Origin: Azolla caroliniana
Lineage: Eukaryota; Plantae; Polypodiophyta
Length of the DNA: 10,839 bases
NCBI GenBank assembly: GCA_043228905.1
Contig: JBHGNT010001224.1
Span: forward strand, 1-10,839
Reading direction: 5' to 3'
A model generated the notes under the pieces. It did no database searches. It worked only from the letters and a program-made list of their open reading frames with translations, and was not told the DNA's origin. This document shows positions 1 to 9,132 of the stretch, piece by piece; positions within the stretch are counted from its first letter, which is position 1, and every line of letters begins with the position of its first letter. The position numbers and the translations under genes are program-made.

Positions 1-464
1 AGCGCGTAGAAGGCCAGAGAAGGATCCTCCACACCGTTCCGGAGACCATGGCGGTTCGAGCCAACGTGGCGACGTAAGACCATGGAGAAGGAAGGTGGCG
101 GCAAGAGGACGAAGGCAATGCGAAACAACAAGGGACGGCAATCAGGACAACATGAATGGTCAACGGAGGCCAAGCGGGCCACTACAGGCATTCCTCAAGC
201 GGAGGACATCGGGCATACGGCGGGGAGCGGGGCGTGCATACGGCCGAACAAGGGCCAGCAGAAGTACGCGTACTACGGAGATCGCGGCAAAGGACCCATC
301 GACGGGTTGAACGAGCCAACGGGGAGGTAAGCGCGAAGGAAGAACCAAAGCCAACGGATCAAACCGGCAGCGAGCCGGGATGCGGATTACGGAAGACCGG
401 TTTCTCACCGGCCGAAATCTCTCACCCTTCACCGGATTTGGCACGTACCAGTGGACGTGCGGTT

Positions 465-477
465 AGGTGGGGGCGGA
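465..477 (+). other. Polypurine tract (PPT) of the LTR retrotransposon
   Basis: aggtgggggcgga sits immediately 5' of the TG LTR start and is preceded by a short inverted repeat gcacgt..acgtgc (441-460). Confidence 0.7.
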
Positions 478-652
478 TGTCATGAAGAATTTCGGCCAGA
501 GGCGGAAACCAGGAAATATTGGCTACATCGGCGAGGTGCACCATGTGCACTCACCCTCGTGTAATTGTGTGAATAATAGGAGTTAAGTCGGGCGAAGAAT
601 CCCATGTAAATCAGGATTTATCCCACATTGTAATGCATCCCTCTCCTTGTTC

Positions 653-660
653 TATAAAAG
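653..660 (+). promoter_or_regulatory. Putative TATA box of the LTR promoter
   Basis: ctataaaagg about 175 bp into the LTR, a typical plant LTR context. Confidence 0.5.
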
Positions 661-1029
661 GAAGGGATGGTCCCTTGTAGAAGGGTTGCCCATTTTGTGT
701 TAGAGGGTATACCGTTAGATTTAGGGTTAGTTCTTCTACTTCTTCTTCCTCTTCTTCGCGGTGTGGGTGGACTGTAGAGGGTTGTTTCTGCTCGGTCTCC
801 TGTGCTAGACCCCGCTCTGCGTGACGAGCCCGAGAGCTCCCCGGACGACGGCTTGGCTGCAGACTGCTGTTGTAACCTACCCTAGCTTGGTCTGGCTCGA
901 AGCCGGGGTTTTATTCTTTCCCTTATAATACATACATTTGCGTCTATCTATGTATATTCGTGTCTCTATTGGTGTTGGGTGCTTCCCCTTTCTTGCGTTC
1001 CTACACATAAGGGCGTGAGTCGGGTCGGC

Positions 1030-1104
1030 GTGTGTGTGTGTGTGTGTGTGAGTCGGTGTCAAGCGCACACTCCCTCTCTGTCTCCCTCTCTCTCTCTCTC
1101 TCTC
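1030..1104. repeat. (TG)10 and interrupted (CT)n microsatellites inside the LTR
   Basis: (tg)10 at 1031-1050; ct-rich run at ~1069-1104. Confidence 0.9.
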
Positions 1105-1236
1105 ATTCGGTTGCTTCTGGTGTGCTCCTGGGGTGCCCCGGAAAGGGTGAAGCACGACTTCCTGCGCTCCGTCACTCCCTAGTCCAGGACCCCCGTGGTC
1201 CCGCCTTTCTACACGCACGCGCGTAACAACGCGACA

Positions 1237-2719
1237 CCGTGTCCACCTCATCCTCAATGAGATCCACATCCAAGTCATGACTAATGAGGTCATGCACAAT
1301 ACATCCAACCACATCATAAAACTCATGACGTGCTCTACTCACCTCATTTTTCATTAACAATTGTCACGGGCCAATTAACTCCTTAAAGTAATGAACACAT
1401 ATGTCAATATTGTAGTAGGATCCACTAGCAATTCATCCCCTTGCTTCACATGTACCACATTAGATCATGCATAAGTATGATGTAACAGTTGGGGAAAAAA
1501 ATGAGATTGACATTGATTATCTATGAGCTCATCTCTGAGTTGTCGCATCTTAGCATAATGGTAACTTTGGCCTTGCAATTGAGAAATAATAACATGCAAT
1601 TGACTCTAGATATCCAAAAGTTCCTCATCTAATTGTGCAAGTATCAATGATGTATTACACCTGGAGAGAACTTGTGAGAATTTTCGAAGAAGACCTCTTC
1701 TTCATTGAGCATTAATTACTCCATACATACGATGAATGATCTAAATGTTTCGTAACATGATATCCCATGCTTTAACTCCTTTAAGATTCACTTCTTGTGA
1801 AACATTTACCAAAATTTGCTCCATGAGAGAATCAAAGTGAGGTTGAAGCAAAAGAGAAGAGTTAAAGCGTAATGGAGGCTACAAACCTCCAAATTTTGCC
1901 CCATGAGAGAATCAAAGGTGAGGTTGAAACAAAAGAGAAGAGTTAAAGCGTAAGGATTTATACATGTCAATTGCATGACTACAAACCTCCAAACAGATGA
2001 GAAAGTGACCTGAAGTTCCTACATCTCGTAGAATTGTCATACGAAGTGATGTCGATAAAAAAGAATCATCGTGCATCACATACATTCTATCTAATAGACT
2101 CCATGTCTCTCTAATATGTTGAGTGGATTGGAAGGTATAACTTGGATCATTCCCATGCAACCATGTCCAAACATCCAACTTCAGAACCTCCATAGCCAAT
2201 GAATCCCAAGCTAGTTGCTCAAGATCATCCATAATTGAATGTTCAGACATAGATTGAGATGCATCAATACATGTGTCAAAAATCACCCATAAGTAATCCT
2301 AGACGGCCCACACTTAGTGTCTAACCTAGTCCGAAATTACAGTGCTAGTACACGTTGTGAACCCCATAATGCAATACATTTAGTGGCTTTGTTAGGGGTA
2401 TAAATCCCAACCACCCAAACAACCTAGCAAAAAAAGTGATTTATGGAACCAAAAACCGACCATAAGGATCAGTATGCACCACTTGAGAATAATATTTATC
2501 TTGCACGATTAATACCACACCTAAATAATGATTATTACGATGTCTTGTATAGAATGGTGAATATCCACGCAGATGGACTGTGGATCCTGTTAACTCAATG
2601 TGACACTAATGCTCAACTGCACATAATACATCCCATTCTTTACATGACATAGTTTCCCATAATATATACTTATTATGAGGAGAACATGCCCCTCTCACAT
2701 TCCATGTTACGACTTTCAT
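1237..2719 (-). pseudogene. LINE ORF2 remnant: apurinic-like endonuclease (EEP/APE) domain and linker, with stops and frameshifts
   Basis: Manual translation gives MKVVTWNVRG (ATG at 2719), WDVLCAVEH, LGVVLIV, TDPYGRFLV, VVGIYTPN...ALW, LLMGDF, LDVW..H...YTF.S..WSLLDRMYV, TSGHFLICLE (SDH motif decayed) and RFNSSLL. The linker follows with AWD, HYFKEL and DLIEDEVDT, the segment that normally precedes K(S/A)PGPDG. Confidence 0.9.
1809..1993. repeat. ~80-bp tandem duplication within LINE ORF2
   Basis: ccatgagagaatcaaag(g)tgaggttgaa.caaaagagaagagttaaagcgtaa...ctacaaacctccaaa at 1821 and again at 1901. Confidence 0.9.
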
Positions 2720-2724
2720 TCAAT

Positions 2725-4204
2725 CAACAATGTTATGGGTGTACTTGCTCATTTAGAGCAACCAATGTCATGAAACTAGTCAAAGCATGTTCCAATGCTG
2801 CATATGGATTTTCCCGCTTGACGAAAACCTCGAGAATTTGTAGGTGAAGGGGTAATCCTTTACAACTCATCCCAATGAATCAAATTGAAGGTGAAGGGCT
2901 AATCCTTTATCCCTAAATTGTCGTTGCCAAGGAACTTTTCAAGGACCCTCCCTAGTTCCTCAATTACCTTGCTAAGTAGCCTCACGAGTAGTGGGCAAAC
3001 TATTACGTTGCATATTCATTGATTTCCCCTTTGACTTGCCCTTAACCTTATGTCAATCTTTATCAACAACAACATCACTATTAGTTCTATCCATTAGTTT
3101 TTTCCCCTTTATCTAAAACCACTAAAACTTTGTTTTTCCATATCCATAGATTGAGTTCCAACCTTGAAGTGAGACCTCTGTATAACCTGCTCTAGATGAT
3201 GTTCCTTCATTCATAACAACCACAATATCTGACACACCAACATCTCTCCCAACTCCGTCCTTACCATTCCCTTCATTAGGAACCTCTAAAGTTGAAGGAC
3301 AATCATGTTGGCATTCCACCATAAAGTCACCCCATTCACCACATCCAAAACAATGACCTGCAAATGTTTCTCACGTCAATTTAAAACAAAGTCTTTTCAT
3401 CCCAGGTGTGTTCATACGCACCCATCCTGGCCTCTAATGACTTGTATCCCATAACACACAAAATCTACACTTATTTGTAACATTTCCATGTGGAGATACC
3501 AACACTTTACCCATTTGACTCATTAACTCTGGTAAAAGTGACCATAAAAATGCATGCTTACAATCCACTATTACCCAAATGGGGAATTCTTGTTTCACCA
3601 AAGCATGATAGTTCACTATGGGGGACCATTGCATTACATGCATTAATCGTTTATCAAAAAACACTAGAACTTTAACCAACAATGCACTTCAATGTTCAGG
3701 GGAACGAAATACTACATCATAAAACCCTCATGGTCCTGCAAATATATCCTCGACACAATTCGGTGACACAATTGTGTTCAACCATTATTTAATACAATTT
3801 ATATATGGGAGTTTCCCGATAAAAAATAATATAACTACACAATCATAGAATACATCAAAAGATTGCAACCTTGCCTTAACATCAACTTCCACATCATGCA
3901 CATCCTCATCGATACATTCTTTTGATGCATTTTCATTTCCTTTCACAATATCAGACAACAAGGTATTGGCAATTCCCCATAAACTATCCCAATTACGATG
4001 ATTATTGTCAACTTCATCTACATGTATTGCCTCGGCATATGTTAATTTCTTCTCATTAACTTCCTCAATACCCTTAAACCTCTTAGAGCTTCCAAATTCT
4101 TCCCTTTCACAATTACATTCAATCATCACATTATTCTTTATTGGATCAATGATTCCCATATTGATGTCCCCCACAATTTGTGAGGAATTCATGTTTATAT
4201 CCAT
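2725..4204 (-). pseudogene. LINE ORF1 remnant (DUF4283/RRM-like domain plus CCHC-type zinc knuckle)
   Basis: One frame from ATG 4204 reads TYAEA, VILFFIGKLP, GP*GFYDVVFRSPEH*, KRLMHVMQWSP, FPIWV, MGKVL and CFGCGEWGDFMVEC (3352-3311; CX2CX4[H>D]X4C). A basic tail follows, and NPYAAL appears near 2800 in a shifted frame. It links track ORFs 3785-4204, 3434-3682 and 3122-3322. The 3' end is approximate. Confidence 0.85.
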
Positions 4205-4510
4205 TATTCTTAATGTGATATTGACTCAGGATAAAAATAATTTTCCATGAACAAGAGAGAAAACCAAAACTCACCCAATTGAAGAGATCGAAGATGAAGA
4301 AGATAATAGGATGTTTGTAATGCATGTTGAGTATGTGTATGCCGACAACACACGATTCCTACTTTCAACCGTTACTTCTAGTACAAACCACCAAATTAAA
4401 CTTACTATATCTCGTTACAAAGTTCTAACCGAGGGCTTTCCAATGCTAGAGAGCACAACAACAAAAACATATTCGTTTATTCTTCTTCCCCTCTCCACTC
4501 TTGCTTGATG

Positions 4511-4513
<3 letters not shown>

Positions 4514-4561
<48 letters not shown>
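4514..4561. repeat. (CT)24 microsatellite
   Basis: Perfect dinucleotide run. Confidence 0.97.
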
Positions 4562-4565
<4 letters not shown>

Positions 4566-4677
4566 GTAATTAGCTTACCCTAGAGGTAAGTGGTTTTACA
4601 CTACTAGCACTACATCTTGGGTTCGTAATTCAATTTTCTCACCTCTCTATTACACCATAGATATCTTTCTCTCTCTC

Positions 4678-4813
4678 GTCAACAACTCAACCACCAAACC
4701 CATATTCCTAGTTTTAAGTCCTTGGTGACCCAACTCTCATTTCACATGTTGTCAACCACCAAAACCATCTTCTCTAGTTCAAGTCCTCAATGACCCAACT
4801 CTCATTTCACATG
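4678..4813. repeat. ~65-70-bp diverged tandem duplication
   Basis: tcaaccaccaaa...ctagtt..aagtcct...tgacccaactctcatttcacatg occurs twice (4678-4750 and 4751-4813). Confidence 0.85.
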
Positions 4814-4819
4814 CACACA

Positions 4820-6267
4820 TGTAACACCGCAAAATCGTATAATTCACTTTGGCTTGTTTTCCATACAAACAATTAGTCATCAATGCAAATTCTAAATACA
4901 TGATACTAGTGGATGATTTATGGTTAGATGAAAGCAAAGCTTTTTTGTTGCATTGATTAAAGTTGTAAGCTATCTAAAGGGCGTGTATTGGTAAGAAATA
5001 GAGGTATAATTAATTAGGTTGTTAAAACTATTTAGGAATGAAAATGACTCTTATTCAAGCGGCCCAGCAAGCAAATCATTAAAATCGATGCAATAGAATA
5101 ATGATCATTATTCATACGTATTTAGGCCACCAAGTGGCACAATTCAACAATCGTAAGGGAGGCTTAATAGAGAAACAAGTGTGTATATTGTTATAATATA
5201 GAAAAGCTTGAATTGCTTCCATTAAAAATTTATTCTCTATCAAATTGTTGTGCAAGTTTATAGTGTGGTTTATGTTGTTATAATCTCATGCTCTTTACTA
5301 TTCTCTAGTATTCTCCAATTTATGGGAATCATGCAGACGAGGTCATAACGAAGGACTTATAAGAGTAGGAGCATTAGACGTATGGAGCTACTTGAATTAT
5401 AATGTGACCCCTTGTTGTCTTGAAGATGTGCATTGCATGCATGTGTGCATGTGGAACCTTGATGGTCCTATAACAAGAGATGCATGAGAGAGAAAAATTT
5501 TGAGTAGAATAATTTAAGTAAATGAAAGAGATAGAGAAGGTTATGGTAAGGAGTGATGTAACATAGGCTAGAGAGGGATTGTAGCCATGTGTGTATACAT
5601 TAGTAGAAAGTTTTGTTTATACCTCATAATAAGGTGGAACCTTGATGGTCCTATAACAAGAGATGCATGAGAGAGAGAAATCTTGAGTAGAATAATTTGA
5701 GTAACTGAAAGAGATAGAAAAGATTAAGGTAAGGAGTGATGTAACATAGGCTAGAGAGGGATTGTAGACATGTGTATATACATTAGTAGAAAGTTTTGTT
5801 TACACCTCATAATAAGGTGTTCTTATATAGGGTTTCCCTCGTGGTTTGCACCAAGTATGTGCCACATGCTAAGTTTGGACCTTAGTATTTCTAATTAATA
5901 GGGGCCTAGGCAGAGGTATAAATATGAGGCCTAGCTACCCTCATAAAACACGTTACGTCAGAAGGTTGCCATCTTAAGACACTGGTGGTGCGGGCTAGGC
6001 TTTCATCACGACAATCATGTTATCTATTCCAAGGTATTAGTCATCCTAATATCTGGTGGTATGGTACGTTTGTGGTAGGTTGTCTATGTCTTGATCATAG
6101 CTTGGGGGTAGTCATGTGGAACGGGTCCTTCTATCTAATCTATTTACTTTATTTTACTCTATTTCGGTCTATTGATTAGTGTAGACTCTTAACAGGAACC
6201 AAGTCAGTCGGTCCTATCCCTTAATAGCCTATTAAATCTCATGCCATGTATTCATGCATATCTTACA
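4820..6267 (+). mobile_element. Probable LTR (solo or truncated), Gypsy-like
   Basis: Starts tgtaacacc, a common plant Gypsy LTR start. TATAAATA at 5917-5924. Candidate end tcttaca at 6267 is 6/7 complementary to the start. Non-coding throughout. No PBS follows and the flanks acaca / tcatc do not form a TSD, so the boundaries are uncertain. Confidence 0.5.
5451..5819. repeat. 183-bp head-to-tail tandem duplication (2 copies, highly similar)
   Basis: gtggaaccttgatggtcctataacaagagatgcatgag...cctcataataag at 5451-5633 and 5634-5816, with gtg microhomology at the junction. Confidence 0.97.
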
Positions 6268-6309
6268 TCATCTTAAACTTAACTCGCTACCAACACTATG
6301 GTGATTCAT

Positions 6310-6800
6310 CCAAACTCTCCAAATAAATGGGTTTGATGTACCTTTGGTTGGTGATCAATGGTTGGAGAGCACGCATGTCAACGATTGGTTTGACGTAATC
6401 AACAATGGGTCAATTGCAACCTATGAATGTCGAATGAGCAATCAATGGAACCTTTCAGTCTAATTAAGGATGTCAACCATCCACGCTAACATGATCCTTC
6501 ACTTGAATAACCCAGATGCCCACCATATGTTTCTGGGCAATCATCACTACACATCACCAAGCAAACACAATTTGCACCACTAGCAATTGGTATCCTTTCA
6601 GTCGGAAGGAAATGAAAGTGAAGTTATCCACTCCGCCAAGACCTTGATGACCATCATGTTGTATTGGTGAGGATGTCAACAAGTTGGACTAAATGGAGGA
6701 TGTGAACATACAAGCTTACTTAGTAAACCATCCCCAAGTAACCCCACAATATAAGATTGATATTCTCCAAGTTATGTTGTACCAAAGACCTCATCCAGTG
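6310..6800 (+). pseudogene. Highly decayed Ty3/Gypsy aspartic protease and downstream linker remnant
   Basis: Fragments in protease order: LQINGFDVP, VING (D-G-G-like active-site remnant, ~6351), L*MSNEQSMEPFSLIKDV (6421-6474; cf. LRMADQ..PLGLIKDV), LHLNNPDAHHMFLG (6491-6538; cf. Y.MLLGRPW), KHN, MKVKLST and YLVNHPQVTPQYKIDI. Several frameshifts. Confidence 0.6.
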
Positions 6801-7159
6801 GTCAATGTCATTGTCTTGTCGACATGCAATGCCAAGGCCTAGACAAGTGATACAACAAATGCCAAGTTTGTTGATAATCTAGAGACCAAGTCCATCACCT
6901 TGAATCTTTTGGGGAGCTCACGAAAAACAAGAGATGAGGCATTGAACAAGCCTAAGAGTTGGTTGTGACCAATGAGGTCCATTGACTTGTGTCCAAATGG
7001 CCATAAGGAATTCACAAAACCCCTCCTTTGACAACTACCCTGCCCCACCCAAACAAAAGACATTGTCAAAACCTAATCTGACCATTAAGGATTCTAAGTC
7101 CCAACAAACAATAGATGAAGTTGCAAATACAAGCCTCAATTATCCCACCTTTTATACAT

Positions 7160-7343
7160 CACAATTTTGAGCCTTCTACGTTTGGATTCATCCACATTAT
7201 ATGTTGTAGGATGGGCACACCATAATGTTGATCACCCATAATGGGTAACCTAGACAATCCTACCCTCCATATGTCACAAATTTGATCCTCTAGTGTTCGC
7301 ATAATATGTAAACCCATGGCCACACTATAATGTTGACCATCCA
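7160..7343. repeat. Degenerate direct repeat, period ~115 bp
   Basis: cacaa.tttga.cct...atgg.cacac.ataatgttga.ca.cca at ~7160-7238 and ~7275-7343. Confidence 0.6.
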
Positions 7344-8793
7344 CCTGGTGTAATGATCCAAAACCTAGGTATACTTAATTACATTATAAGAAAATTTAGG
7401 ATCCATGAGGAAATATCATTAAATGTTGGATAGTGGGAGAATAATCTCCCATACCTACTCGCCTCTCTACTCTATGTAGGATATGCACACAATGTTATGA
7501 CTCATAAGCAAGGACTTGGATTAGAAGCATTCATGTCTACTCAAAGTTGCCTTGTCATCCTTTAAGAAAGGCACCTAGAGTAGGATGATGACCAAAACAT
7601 ACTCAAGTAGTCTGAGCTAATGTAACCTTTGGATACAATAACATAAGTTTAAGCATCTTTGTATGTGTCATAAAGAGCATGATAGTCACCATCCATGCAT
7701 ATCAACATACACAAGTAAGACACATACTGATGGTAAGAAGATGATAATCAATAAGAGTAGAGAGACCAAATTTTCATTGTTCACAAATAAAATTAAAATC
7801 ATCGAGTATTAGAAAATAAATATTATAAACATTCTCATTATCGCACAAAAGGTCACTACATGCAAAACATCAAGGTTACCAAGAGTCAAGATAATTAATT
7901 CCATCATGCTTTTAAGTTGTGCATAACAAGCTGCCTTGCATTGAAAGACATTGTTAAGTTAAAAATAACATACCGATAAAGCATATGAAACATGATCAAT
8001 ATCAACTTTAAAATACAATAAGTTTTACAATCATATCTGCTTTTGTTGATGACATTGTTTAAAACTTGCTCGATAAACCATTAATCAAAAACAGCAAGTT
8101 GTAATGCTTTTCATTACAAAACCACAATAAATATTGCTAATTTTCATTGGGAGAATACAATCTAATGTACATTATATAGGACAATGAGACTGCAGCATAA
8201 ACAATTTTATTGATATTAGTATTACAAATATTCAGGGAACAAGTTGATGAAAAAAATTCCAGTCTAAACAGAAATAAAATGCAAAACCATAAATTGGGTC
8301 CTTGGTAGGGATATGAATAGCAAAATTGCCATTTCAACACACCCAATGAATGGCATCAATTATATACCTTACACATGCATATACATAGCTATGCATTATA
8401 TATACATATATATTTGCATCTATTTATTTCCTTGTAGTGCAAAGAATCAAACAATATCGCATGCCTTCTGAATTACTCTTCAACCATAACCTCTCAATGA
8501 AAGAACCATGTGGAGGGCTTAGTATAACGAATATTAGCCGAGAATCGAGATGATTGCTAACTTTCGTCCACTGCCCAAGAGCATCGATTACTAAAATTAG
8601 CAGTAAACTACAACGATTCATTGAGGATTTCCTCCGTTCTCGCGCACCGCAGAATATTGAGCCCATTTTTTTCTCACAATTTGTGCATCTTGTAATGGAG
8701 AGTGAATTTTACTCTCAACCCTCCTGGTAAACAGATCAGATGAGGGTGTTAATTCAATAAATAACCAAAACAAATTTTGACAGATCACAGTTT

Positions 8794-9132
8794 TTATTGG
8801 CCTGGGGCATGCAATCGATCTTTTTGTTGCAAAGGTGAAGAAGGCTTCACATTTGTAGATGAGGAGCTGTTCTTATTGTTTGATTCTCTGTCTTTCAAAA
8901 GCTCAGGTCCACTGGACGGAAACATTTTCTCCAGCTTTTTCAGTAAGAATTCATAACTTGTAAATGTGATCACGGCAGCTGGAGTTGTCCTCATTAGGTT
9001 GGTTCCACATCCACTATAAAATCCTGCAATGCCTTCCTTTAAGTATACTTTCCGAATACAGTCAATCACTCCTTTGTAGCGTATTACCGCATTCTTGGAG
9101 CAGCTTTGCTCTTGTAATCTTGACCTTACAAC
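8794..9132 (-). CDS. NDT1: NAD+ carrier, last coding exon (339 nt including TAA)
   Basis: Acceptor tcag|GTTGTAAGG, translating VVRSRLQEQ...HAPGQ*. Confidence 0.93.
   Translation of the reverse strand, partial: VVRSRLQEQSCSKNAVIRYKGVIDCIRKVYLKEGIAGFYSGCGTNLMRTTPAAVITFTSYEFLLKKLEKMFPSSGPELLKDRESNNKNSSSSTNVKPSSPLQQKDRLHAPGQ

Larger units (their letters stand above)
1..1236 (+). mobile_element. 3' end of an LTR retrotransposon (probably Ty3/Gypsy): internal 3' region, PPT and 3' LTR; runs off the left edge
   Basis: GC- and CpG-rich block with an abrupt compositional boundary near 1236. Purine-rich tract aggtgggggcgga (465-477) is directly followed by TGTCA at 478. The block ends in cgcGACA at 1236. 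No recognisable pol motif in 1-477, so the superfamily is inferred. Confidence 0.75.
478..1236 (+). repeat. Long terminal repeat (3' LTR, ~759 bp)
   Basis: TG...CA termini with inverted repeat tgtcatg / cgcgaca. These match at TGTC/GACA, and fully if CATG arose from CGCG by deamination. Contains TATAAAAG (653-660), a downstream CT-rich tract and microsatellites. LINE coding sequence resumes at 1237. An alternative end at 1228 (gtaaca) is not excluded. Confidence 0.7.
1237..4300 (-). mobile_element. Decayed L1-clade LINE retaining its 5' coding end, interrupted at 1236/1237 by the LTR element
   Basis: ORF1 and ORF2 motifs occur in the canonical order on the minus strand (see next two features). 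The 5' boundary is approximate. Confidence 0.9.

Noticed and set aside
82-485. Overlapping ORFs 82-330, 95-310, 156-485 and 160-444 as host genes
   Set aside because: No recognisable domain. They lie in a GC-rich retroelement region where open frames are expected.
720-730. tttagggttag as a telomeric repeat or telo-box
   Set aside because: A single unit with a mismatch to the telo-box, at chance level.
877-1326. ORFs 877-1326, 979-1182 and 1032-1226
   Set aside because: Artefacts of microsatellites ([17 protein letters not shown]) within the LTR; one crosses the LTR/LINE junction.
2842-2909. 21-bp direct repeat aggtgaaggg.taatccttta with period 47
   Set aside because: Only two copies in the LINE ORF1 tail; an ordinary slippage duplication, not a CRISPR-like array.
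2443-4250. Plus-strand ORFs 2443-2652, 3490-3675 and 4005-4250
   Set aside because: Antisense shadows of LINE ORF1 and ORF2.
4316-4654. tgtaat...attaca as a short solo LTR or TRIM
   Set aside because: The flanks atgtt / ccata give no TSD, and there is no PBS or second copy.
6588-6594. tggtatc as a tRNA-Met primer-binding site
   Set aside because: It does not continue as tggtatcaga and lies inside the protease remnant.
7434-7451. Hairpin tgggaga-ataa-tctccca
   Set aside because: An isolated 7-bp stem with no Helitron-type CTRR end directly downstream and no other context.
8137-8666. Minus-strand ORFs 8137-8346 and 8424-8666
   Set aside because: No motif or splice support; likely 3' UTR or downstream sequence of the NDT gene.
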